A stretch of 64,000 nucleotides of DNA, taken from contig JBBRUX010000023.1 in assembly GCA_038247415.1 (NCBI GenBank), positions 1-64,000 of the forward strand, in the 5' to 3' direction. Below the pieces are notes generated by a model, which saw only the letters and a list, made by a program, of their open reading frames with translations, searched no databases and was not told where the DNA came from. Positions within the stretch are counted from its first letter, which is position 1; the number at the start of each line of letters is the position of its first letter. The translations under genes and the position numbers were made by a program. Positions 55,766 to 64,000 of the stretch are shown here, piece after piece. The stretch comes from Chitinivibrionales bacterium (GTDB lineage: Bacteria; Fibrobacterota; Chitinivibrionia; Chitinivibrionales; WJKA01).

Positions 55766-56990
55766 CTATCGACATGAATTTTTGCTGATACCAAAGACGG
55801 CCGAAAAAAAATTCATAAGTGTAAACGCCCCTCTAAAAAGCCGAGACCATTCCCGTGGGCTTTTAATGCCTTGCACAATTTTGCTTGCAATATATTGCGG
55901 CCTTAAATAAAAAGACTTTCGTGCACCATCACACCATGCCACTAGTTGTTCCCATGTCAATTCAGGCGTCGACACTACGCTATTATGCAAACCATCCGGA
56001 GTTAACCATTTATCGTAAGTATCCTGCATAAGATACCCTTTTTGAGCAGCCCAATCATAAGCTTTTGTTCCCGGATACACCATAATTGGATAAAATTGGG
56101 CGGTATCGGGATTAATAGTCAGAGCCATCTTAAGCGTTTTGTCAAGCGAAGAAAAAGATTCCCCAGGATTGCCAACCAAAAAATACCCATGAATAAGTAC
56201 TCCGGCCTTTTTTGCATAATTCGCGAAATCATAAATCTTCTCAACCTTAAGTTTCTTTTGCATATTATCAAGAACTTCCTGATCGCCGCTCTCAAAACCA
56301 ACACAGAGGAGTCTGCACCCAGCACTCCCAATTGCATTCAAAGTCTCTGCATCAATATCGGCACGTGAATTTGCAGACCAGGTAACTTTTAGCTTCCGAC
56401 GCTTGATTTCCGAGCCAATTTCCAGACACCTTTCCTTATGCACGGTAAGCATATCATCTACGATAAAAATTTCTTTCACCATAGGGAATTCTCGAGTTAT
56501 ATATTCCATTTCATCGACAAGGTTTTTAACACTCCTATACCGATATCGGTGTCCCGTCATTACTTGAGGATACACGCAAAAAGCACATTGATGAGGACAG
56601 CCACGAGCAACAGCAAGAATATTGGTGTTCATTGCCAATGTTTCATCTGGAGTTGCTGAGGCATGCGTTCCAACTAAACCAATGGAAGATTGAGTAAGCG
56701 TATGTATAGCTGCGCCTACTTCAACATCACTATAAATGCTGGCTGTAGTGGTATCAACAACCGTGAGATCTGGTTTGAAATCTGCTGCAATTCGATACAA
56801 CTCATTTTTATCTATTGCCATAGCTGGACTATCGATAAATTTAACCTCAAACCCGTCAGCCTCCAGAACTCCAACAGCATACGCCAACCCAGTAAGGATA
56901 GTATAAAGTTGAACTCTTAGCCACAGCCGGCGACCGGGATGCGCGACTATACATAGGAAAGTAAGGAGTATTGACAATAAGAACCCTCAT
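55766..56990 (-). pseudogene. B12-binding radical SAM protein, frameshifted and internally deleted
   Basis: The N-terminus MRVLIVN...TLYYPYW continues as LAYAVGVLE only after skipping one G near 56889. The B12-binding domain end (AVARG) is joined directly to CPHQCAFC. Confidence 0.75.
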
Positions 56991-57004
56991 AATTACCAAT
57001 CCTT

Positions 57005-57439
57005 TCAGGAACCTTTTTCTAATTCCCCTTGCAACGCATGCCACGCAAGTGTTGCACACTTGACACGCACTGGATACGCGGTAAGAGTTTTAAAAGCAGC
57101 CGCATCGCCAAACGTTTCCAGGTTTTCAACATCGCCTTCCCCGCGTAATATGGAAACAAAATCCTCCACGCGAGTTTTAGCATCATCTGGCAATATGTTA
57201 TAAAAATTTTCGGTCATAATAGATGCCGATGCCATACAAATTGCACATCCATGACCATCAAAAAACACATTTTTAATAGACCCATTTTCATTATAGTCGA
57301 CAGCTACTTTGAGCGAATCCCCACAGGTAGGATTTTCGTGAATTACTACATCACGACCGTCGAGCACTTTCTTATTGTGCGGTCTTTTATAATGATCAAG
57401 AATTATTTCCTGATAGAGCTCTGCAAAATCGGAACTCAT
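57005..57439 (-). CDS. sufU: SufU/NifU-like Fe-S assembly protein
   Basis: LYQEIILDHYK.P, NPTCGD, GCAI..AS and PVRVKCATLAW. Confidence 0.92.
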   Translation of the reverse strand: MSSDFAELYQEIILDHYKRPHNKKVLDGRDVVIHENPTCGDSLKVAVDYNENGSIKNVFFDGHGCAICMASASIMTENFYNILPDDAKTRVEDFVSILRGEGDVENLETFGDAAAFKTLTAYPVRVKCATLAWHALQGELEKGS

Positions 57440-58752
57440 AAAAAAAATCTCCTTACATCATGCAAACCAGAAACAACGCAATCTATATCGTCTTTCGTGG
57501 TATACATGCCAAAGCTCATCCGTGATAATGCCTCAACTCCAAAAAACCGCATAAGAGGTTGTGCGCAATGATGCCCGGCTCTAATTGCAATATTTCGAGA
57601 ATCGAGAAATTGCGCACAATCATGGGGGTGAACTCCGTCAAGAGAAAACGATATCAGAGGTCCTGTGTTGCGGTGGCTACCAAAAATTTTGATACCTGGC
57701 ACCAATTGCAATGAATCAAACGCATAGTCAACCAGTGATTGTTCATGATTTTGCAATAGGCGAAAATCGATGGATTTAAAAAAAGTAAGCGCAGCGGCTA
57801 ACCCAATAGCTCCCGCAATAGGAGGTGTTCCAGCTTCAAATTTATGAGGCAATTCTGCATACGTTGCATACTCAAACCAGACAGAACTAATCATATTTCC
57901 TCCGCCCAGAACTGGCGGCAACTCTTTAAGAAGTGCTTCTTTACCATATAATACACCGCACCCCGTAGGACCATATATTTTATGGGCAGAAAATGCTAAA
58001 AAATCACAATCCAATTGAGCAACATTTATTGATAAATGCGCAATACTCTGAGCAGCATCAACAACAATCATTGCTTTATGCTTGTGGGCAAGCGCCGCCA
58101 ATTGTGCAATATCAACAATGTGCCCCGTAACATTGGACATTTGTGTAACAGCAACAATTTCAATCGAATCGTCCCACGTTTTTTCAAGAGTATCTAGGTC
58201 GAGCGATCCATCTGAATAAAGCGGAAATTTTACAAGTCGGCATTTTTTCTCATGAGCAATCATCTGCCATGGAATCAAGTTACTATGATGCTCCAGTTCG
58301 CTTGTCAAAATAGACATTCCTTCAGAGAGCACGGTGCCAAGAGAACGAGCTATGATATTAATAGATTCGGTTGTTCCCCGTGTAAATATTATCTCTGTAG
58401 TTTTTTTTGCCCCAATAAAATCCGCAACAATTCTTCGTGCATTTTCATAAAGGTGCGTTGCTTGGGCTGCCTTGGCGTAAAGACCTCGGTGCACATTTGC
58501 CGCTATAGTTGTATCATATTCTGCAATGGCATCTAGTACCAGTTTGGGTTTTAACGCTGTTGAAGCAGAATCGAGGTACACATATTTTTTAGCCTGATTC
58601 AGTAAAGAAAATTGAGACCGCACGCCAGACATGATGGATATTTTTCCTAAAGGCGGTTTAATTTCATTGCTTACATGCACAGTATGACCCTCACCTTCGA
58701 ATGCGTTTTCACTCTGAATTATCTCAGATTCTGCGAGAATATTATGTGCCAT
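57436..58752 (-). CDS. sufS: Cysteine desulfurase, SufS type
   Basis: YLDSAST, NVHRG, EHHSN, FSAHK, FEAGTP and RAGHHCAQP. Confidence 0.95.
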   Translation of the reverse strand: MAHNILAESEIIQSENAFEGEGHTVHVSNEIKPPLGKISIMSGVRSQFSLLNQAKKYVYLDSASTALKPKLVLDAIAEYDTTIAANVHRGLYAKAAQATHLYENARRIVADFIGAKKTTEIIFTRGTTESINIIARSLGTVLSEGMSILTSELEHHSNLIPWQMIAHEKKCRLVKFPLYSDGSLDLDTLEKTWDDSIEIVAVTQMSNVTGHIVDIAQLAALAHKHKAMIVVDAAQSIAHLSINVAQLDCDFLAFSAHKIYGPTGCGVLYGKEALLKELPPVLGGGNMISSVWFEYATYAELPHKFEAGTPPIAGAIGLAAALTFFKSIDFRLLQNHEQSLVDYAFDSLQLVPGIKIFGSHRNTGPLISFSLDGVHPHDCAQFLDSRNIAIRAGHHCAQPLMRFFGVEALSRMSFGMYTTKDDIDCVVSGLHDVRRFFL

Positions 58753-59065
58753 GATTATCCACCTTTACCCAAACCCATCCATCTTCAATCTTTACAGGAT
58801 ACGAAGGCACCCCTATGGTTGCAGGAAACCCTGTCACCTCGCCACTGCGGACATTAAAATGAGACCCATGTTTGGGGCACCAAATTTCATCTTCAACAAG
58901 ATCCCCTTCCGAAAGCAATGCATATTCATGAGAACATATATCAGAGAGCGCATACACACTTCCATCGGATATTTTAAATAACGCAATTCTTTTTTCTGCA
59001 ACCACAACAGACGTGCGCTCGCTAACCAGACTATACTCGATTGTTTTTATCCATTCAGAACTCAT
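58742..59065 (-). CDS. Rieske-type [2Fe-2S] ferredoxin
   Basis: CSH...CPKHGSHF Rieske ligands; start follows a GGAG RBS. Confidence 0.9.
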   Translation of the reverse strand: MSSEWIKTIEYSLVSERTSVVVAEKRIALFKISDGSVYALSDICSHEYALLSEGDLVEDEIWCPKHGSHFNVRSGEVTGFPATIGVPSYPVKIEDGWVWVKVDNHGT

Positions 59066-60380
59066 ACTCATCTCCACTTTCGATGTGTTTGACATCGCCT
59101 GTATATGTCGCCAAAAGGTTCGATATATGGGAAGTACTATAAGGCCCGAGCCCCTCCAAAACTTCTGCAAAAAAACCAGTCACTATAAGTGCTAGTGCTC
59201 CGCGATAATCAATCCCCCGACTTTGAAGATAATAAAGCTGCTCGGGATTTACTTTTCCAGATGTTGACCCATGCGTACAGCGAACGTCATTATTTGCAAT
59301 ATGCAAACTAGGAATCGAATCTGCACGAGCACTCTCGGAGAGCAACAAATTTTTATTAGACAAATATGCGTTTGTTTTTTTTGCATCGGGGGCAACATTT
59401 ATAAGCCCAGCAAATACCGACTGTCCACTTCCATCAACTATTCCTTTGTATAACGTAGTGCTTGTTGTAGCAGCTCCTTCGTGAAGTATTTCGAGAGCCA
59501 TATTAACCTGCTGATTTTTTAAGGCATATATCCCTTTCGAATCTATCGTACTCCCCTCACCTTTTGCAGAGGCTTTCGTTGTTGTTGAAAAGAGTTTGCT
59601 TCCTGTATGAACTTCCCATAATCGTACCGAAGAATCTTTTTCAGCACTCACCGTGGTATGCAAAAATCCCGAAGCTCCTTGAGGTAATTGTTGAACAAGA
59701 GCAACCGCTACGCAGCTTTTCTCGCCAGCGAGCACGGTTATCATAGCATCAACACACAATGTAGCATCATCTTTTCCTCGCAAGAGCACTGTGCATTTAA
59801 GATTCGAATTACTGCCAGCACGTATTACAACATGCGGAGTATAGAGCCTCCCGGAATCACTAAATGTAAAGTCGAAAACTATTTCTTCCGAGAGTGCTGT
59901 GTTGTCTGGAACATCCAAAAGAATGCCATCCGAAACATGTTCAAAATGCCAAACCTCTTGACGATGAGTGGCCCCGGCTATTCTCTCACGATAGATAGAG
60001 TATAGTTTGTCAAGCGAAGCGTCTGCACTGCTACTCAGGGATTGAATAGTATATTTTCGAGGGATATTGTAATGATGCTCTACCACCCCTTCCTCGAATG
60101 CAATCTGAACTACTCCATCGGAATATTTGATTGCATCGGCCCCAGCATTCACAAGCAAACTATTGCTAGGATTTGAAGAATACTTTTCGAACGGGAACAA
60201 TGAAATATCCATTTTGCGAAATGCAGGCAATGTAGATAGAGGCCACGAAAGCGTAGAAGCCAACTCATGCGCATATGCATTAAGCGATCCAAGTGAAAAT
60301 ATGTGAGGATTGCAGACTGCACTATCAGTTGATTTATCTATATTTGAAATCATAAATTCCTCTGTCTGTAAATTATTCAA
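59055..60380 (-). CDS. sufD: Fe-S assembly protein SufD
   Basis: YKGI, NKNLLLS, ADSIPSL.I..DVRCTHG and YYLQSRG. Confidence 0.9.
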   Translation of the reverse strand: MNNLQTEEFMISNIDKSTDSAVCNPHIFSLGSLNAYAHELASTLSWPLSTLPAFRKMDISLFPFEKYSSNPSNSLLVNAGADAIKYSDGVVQIAFEEGVVEHHYNIPRKYTIQSLSSSADASLDKLYSIYRERIAGATHRQEVWHFEHVSDGILLDVPDNTALSEEIVFDFTFSDSGRLYTPHVVIRAGSNSNLKCTVLLRGKDDATLCVDAMITVLAGEKSCVAVALVQQLPQGASGFLHTTVSAEKDSSVRLWEVHTGSKLFSTTTKASAKGEGSTIDSKGIYALKNQQVNMALEILHEGAATTSTTLYKGIVDGSGQSVFAGLINVAPDAKKTNAYLSNKNLLLSESARADSIPSLHIANNDVRCTHGSTSGKVNPEQLYYLQSRGIDYRGALALIVTGFFAEVLEGLGPYSTSHISNLLATYTGDVKHIESGDEYEF

Positions 60381-60404
60381 AACAAGACTTCGTTAGAAAG
60401 AGCA

Positions 60405-61802
60405 TCATCCAACAGATCCTTCCATCTCAAGTTCGATGAGCCGATTAAGCTCAACGGCATATTCCATAGGAAGTTGCTTAACGAGAGGATCCAAGAAACC
60501 ATTCACAACCATCATGGAAGCTTCTGCCTCATTTAACCCTCGAGTCATGAGGTAATATATTTGGTCCTCACTAATGCGACTAACCCGGGCTTCGTGCTCG
60601 ATACTTACATCTTGCGAATTAATATCCATTATAGGGAACGTATTGGTTACACTTTGTTCGTCTATAAGAAGTGCATCACACACAACCCGAGATTTAATAT
60701 TGGAAAGCCCGGGATTAACTTTAACCAAACCACGATACGAGGCAATGCCTCCAGCTTTACTAATTGATTTTGAGGTAACCACCGAAGATGTAGATGATGC
60801 AACATGAACCATCTTTGCACCAGTATCCTGTTCTTGTCCTTTACCTGCAAAAGCAACCGAGGTAACCTCACCATGAGCTCCTTTTCCCATAAGATAAACT
60901 GCAGGATATTTCATGGTTCGTTTACTACCGATATTGCCATCAACCCATTCAACGGTTGCACCTTCGTAGGCTAGTGCACGCTTTGTAACAAGATTAAAAA
61001 TATCGGTAGACCAATTTTGAATAGTGGTATAGCGCACACGAGCATCTTTTTTTGCAATAATTTCCACAACGGCACTGTGCAAAGATTGGGTCGAGTATAC
61101 CGGAGCGGTACAACCTTCGATATAATGAACAAAACTTCCTTCATCGGCAATAATGAGCGTTCTCTCAAATTGACCAAATTTTTCTGAATTAATTCTGAAA
61201 TACGCTTGTAAAGGAATATCAACATGAACGCCTTTGGGAACATATACAAAGCTTCCGCCCGACCAGACCGCACTATTGAGTGCTGCAAACTTATTGTCCA
61301 GAAATGGAATAACGGTTCCAAAATATTGCTTTACAAGATCTGGATATTCACGCACTGCAGTTTCTGGGTCGCAAAAGATTACCCCTTGTGCCGAAAGCTC
61401 TGCCTTGATATTATGATAAACAACCTCAGAATCGTATTGTGCCCCTACCCCCGAAAGAAATTTCCTTTCTGCTTCGGGAATTCCTAGCCTCTCGAATGTT
61501 GACTTTATATCTGAGGGAACCTCATCCCAACTCTTTTTTTGATCTTCTGTTGCCTGCGCATAATAATGAAATTCATCAAAATTAATTGCAGATAAATCGG
61601 CACCCCACGAAGGCATTGCCTTCTTATCAAAGGCAGCCAGAGACCTCAGCCTGAATTGGAGCATCCAATCAGGCTCGTTCTTATGTCCCGAAATTGCCCT
61701 CACCACGCGCTCATTAAGCCCCTTACCCGTTTTAAAAACGGATGCATCGGGATAATGAAAGCCTGCCTTATATTCCTGTAAATCAATATTATTCGATTGC
61801 AT
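60405..61802 (-). CDS. sufB: Fe-S assembly protein SufB
   Basis: [43 protein letters not shown] and LPMEYAVE. Start at 61802 follows GGAGG. Confidence 0.96.
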   Translation of the reverse strand: MQSNNIDLQEYKAGFHYPDASVFKTGKGLNERVVRAISGHKNEPDWMLQFRLRSLAAFDKKAMPSWGADLSAINFDEFHYYAQATEDQKKSWDEVPSDIKSTFERLGIPEAERKFLSGVGAQYDSEVVYHNIKAELSAQGVIFCDPETAVREYPDLVKQYFGTVIPFLDNKFAALNSAVWSGGSFVYVPKGVHVDIPLQAYFRINSEKFGQFERTLIIADEGSFVHYIEGCTAPVYSTQSLHSAVVEIIAKKDARVRYTTIQNWSTDIFNLVTKRALAYEGATVEWVDGNIGSKRTMKYPAVYLMGKGAHGEVTSVAFAGKGQEQDTGAKMVHVASSTSSVVTSKSISKAGGIASYRGLVKVNPGLSNIKSRVVCDALLIDEQSVTNTFPIMDINSQDVSIEHEARVSRISEDQIYYLMTRGLNEAEASMMVVNGFLDPLVKQLPMEYAVELNRLIELEMEGSVG

Positions 61803-62553
61803 GTGCTGCCTCCAAAACTTCATCTCTCACCCACTGGTACCCTTCTTTTTCCAAAATTGCAACAAGCTCAGGGCCTCCAGATTTGACAATTTTACCATCG
61901 ACCATGATATGTACAATATCGGGCGTTACGTAATCGAGAATTCGCTGGTAATGAGTTATAACCAAAGCGCCAAAAGAAGAGCTCCTTAATTTATTAACCC
62001 CTTTGGAAACCACTTTAAGTGCATCAATATCAAGGCCAGAATCTGTTTCGTCAAGAATTGCGAATGTCGGATTGAGCATCAGCATTTGAAGCATTTCCAA
62101 GCGCTTCTTTTCTCCTCCAGAAAAGCCTTGATTAAGATAGCGATTGATAAATTCCTTATCCATTTCCAGAAAGTTTATATTTTCGCGCAAAGTTTTGACA
62201 TATGCAGAGAGATTGACTTTATGCTCAGGTGCAAAAGAATCTAGCGCACGCTTAAGAAATTTACCAACAGTTACCCCTGGAACTTCAACAGGATACTGAA
62301 ATGCCAAAAACAAACCGCGATGTGCCCGCTCATACACTGGTAAAGAAAGAATATCTTCGCCATCAAGGGTCACACTCCCTCCGGTAACCTGATACATTGG
62401 ATTACCCATAAGTACATGGGCCAAAGTGCTTTTCCCCGAACCATTTGGCCCCATAAGGGCACACACAGAGCCAGTAGAAAGTTCGAGTGTTAACCCCTTA
62501 AGAATTTGCTTACCATCTATAGACGCCGACAAGTTTTCTATTCGTAGCACCAT
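61789..62553 (-). CDS. sufC: Fe-S assembly ATPase SufC
   Basis: [37 protein letters not shown] and THYQR. Confidence 0.96.
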   Translation of the reverse strand: MVLRIENLSASIDGKQILKGLTLELSTGSVCALMGPNGSGKSTLAHVLMGNPMYQVTGGSVTLDGEDILSLPVYERAHRGLFLAFQYPVEVPGVTVGKFLKRALDSFAPEHKVNLSAYVKTLRENINFLEMDKEFINRYLNQGFSGGEKKRLEMLQMLMLNPTFAILDETDSGLDIDALKVVSKGVNKLRSSSFGALVITHYQRILDYVTPDIVHIMVDGKIVKSGGPELVAILEKEGYQWVRDEVLEAAHAIE

Positions 62554-62573
62554 ACTAACCTCTCTCCCGATTG

Positions 62574-62906
62574 TTAAATTGGATACCCTAAGGCAATTTT
62601 CGCTTCATCACTCATCATCTCCTCGTTCCAACGAGGATTCCAGACTACATTTACCAAAACGGTATCCAAACCGAATGTTCTCATCACAACACCGCGAACC
62701 ATTCCAACTATCTGATCGATAATAGGACACCCTGGATCTGTCATCGTTATATCTATTAGAACTTTTTTATCCTCGACCAAGACATCATACACAAGACCAA
62801 GATTTACTATATCGATATCAAATTCAGGATCAATAACCTGCATGAGAGATTCGCGTACTGCATCATCAGATAGTGGCCTCGGTTCAGAAATTATTGACAT
62901 ATACAT
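62574..62906 (-). CDS. sufT: DUF59/SufT (PaaD-like) Fe-S maturation protein
   Basis: VIDPEF..DIVNLGLVY, T.PGCP and W.P.W...MS. Confidence 0.88.
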   Translation of the reverse strand: MYMSIISEPRPLSDDAVRESLMQVIDPEFDIDIVNLGLVYDVLVEDKKVLIDITMTDPGCPIIDQIVGMVRGVVMRTFGLDTVLVNVVWNPRWNEEMMSDEAKIALGYPI

Positions 62907-62920
62907 TCCTTTTTTATAAG

Positions 62921-63322
62921 CTACTTGTTAACTGATAAATCTGCAATTGAGGTATTCATCAAAATTTGAGAAATATCAGTTTGTACCTTTTGCATCCCAG
63001 GTTTAATTGAGCATGCCGAGGAGCGCGCACACCCATCCTTCGAAACGCAATCAATTACATGGAAATCTTCCTTTATGGCCCCTGCAACCTCGTTAAGACT
63101 GATTTCGTTACCACTTTTTGCCATCGAATACCCGCCCCTAACCCCTGCAACAGAATTAACAATGCCCGCTTTATGTAACCGCTGCAGAATTTTTGCCACT
63201 AAACTTGGCGAAATACTATGCGCATCTGCAAGTGCCGCCGCAGAAAACAACTTTTCACGACAATTCTCCATGGAAGAAAGACACAGCAATGCATATTCAA
63301 TATCTTTTGTAAAACCGATCAT
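62921..63322 (-). CDS. Rrf2-family (IscR-like) transcriptional regulator
   Basis: EYAL, ILQRL..AGIV.S..GVRGGY and three C-terminal Cys (DC...C....AC). Confidence 0.9.
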   Translation of the reverse strand: MIGFTKDIEYALLCLSSMENCREKLFSAAALADAHSISPSLVAKILQRLHKAGIVNSVAGVRGGYSMAKSGNEISLNEVAGAIKEDFHVIDCVSKDGCARSSACSIKPGMQKVQTDISQILMNTSIADLSVNK

Positions 63323-63338
63323 GGTTGCCTACTCTAAT

Positions 63339-63359
63339 ATAGGATTGATTTTGTCCTAT
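63339..63359. promoter_or_regulatory. Candidate Rrf2 autoregulatory operator
   Basis: Palindrome ATAGGA-N9-TCCTAT 16 bp upstream of the Rrf2 start codon. Confidence 0.55.
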
Positions 63360-63461
63360 TTATAGGGAATTCGATTGACTACCTTGCAAAATTGCATTCT
63401 CATGATAAAATTTGAAGAATAAATGAACCGTAGTCTAATTACCTTAAACGAGACGAAAACT

Positions 63462-64000
63462 ATGAAAAAATCTCATGACAAAACCCTGATTATACTTTGT
63501 AATCCTCGAAACGACAGCGTATGCCATCAATTTGCAGCAATTGCCGTAGAAGTTCTCACCAGTACCAACAAAACAGTCATCCTTCATGACCTCTACCAAG
63601 AAAACTTTAATCCCATTCTCACTGCTTCGGAAATCCAAAGCAAATTTTCATTTGACCCGCTCGTTCAGCAACACTCACAAGATTTAATGAATGCAACAAA
63701 CATCCTATTTATTCATCCCGAATGGTGGGGAGGTCCTCCTGCAATGCTCAAAGGATGGCTTGACCGCATCCTAACGCCAGGTGTTGCTTACGAATTTGAA
63801 CCTACCGAGACTGGTTCAACAACGCACATACCACTTTTAAGCGAAACATCAATTGGTGTACTTTGCACGACCGATGCACCTCAAGGGCATGGGCCAACAC
63901 TTGTAGAAGAGGTATGGAGGAAATCGGTATGGTCTTTTTGCGGTATCAACGAAATCTTTTTTGCAATGCATTTCGACACAAGAAAGACTGGCGTTTCTCA
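63462..64000 (+). CDS. NAD(P)H-dependent oxidoreductase, flavodoxin-like fold (3'-truncated by window edge)
   Basis: Manual translation gives LIILCNP...HDLYQENFNP...IHPEWWGGPPAMLKGWLDRI..PGVAY. Confidence 0.85.
   Translation, partial: MKKSHDKTLIILCNPRNDSVCHQFAAIAVEVLTSTNKTVILHDLYQENFNPILTASEIQSKFSFDPLVQQHSQDLMNATNILFIHPEWWGGPPAMLKGWLDRILTPGVAYEFEPTETGSTTHIPLLSETSIGVLCTTDAPQGHGPTLVEEVWRKSVWSFCGINEIFFAMHFDTRKTGVS

Noticed and set aside
58630..58752. SufS N-terminal extension as an encapsulin cargo-loading peptide
   Set aside because: The extension is short (~40 aa), no encapsulin gene is in the window, the context is a normal suf operon, and a downstream Met could be the true start.
432..63638. 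Numerous short antisense or alternate-frame ORFs in the supplied track
   Set aside because: They lie inside well-supported genes and show no motifs; they are treated as shadow ORFs.

Overview
A 64 kb chromosomal window from a diderm bacterium that is probably anaerobic (Rnf complex, U32 O2-independent hydroxylases, ADP-forming acyl-CoA synthetase, Lnt, TolC). The giant TPR and PKD/FGE-domain surface proteins suggest a Fibrobacterota/Chitinivibrionia-like organism, but that is inference only. Contents in order: a DeoR-linked sorbose/sorbitol-phosphate-type locus; an orphan PAS hybrid kinase; a XylR/DmpR-type sigma-54 activator facing a clear -24/-12 promoter that drives a 63-aa unknown protein and an ADP-forming acyl-CoA synthetase; a collapsed TolC/ABC-permease operon; glcD-like, rsgA, larC, metK, fucose-isomerase-like and pdxH genes; a U32 + FabF-like KS + ACP + type III PKS neighbourhood; a MIF/Mpv17 pair; a complete rnfCDGEAB operon with atypical cofactor sites; lnt; two large surface proteins tipped with FGE-type C-lectin domains, flanking a ~1950-aa TPR protein; ispF; a broken B12-radical SAM gene; and an Rrf2-headed suf operon. 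The best leads for undescribed biology are the TPR/Ig-repeat/FGE envelope operon with its FecR-PKD-FGE lipoprotein partner, the U32 + type III PKS cluster, the Rnf variant lacking an RnfE Fe-S cysteine, and the aromatic-sensing sigma-54 module. I saw no CRISPR array, rRNA, tRNA or intact mobile element. All family calls come from motif recognition by eye, with no database searches.
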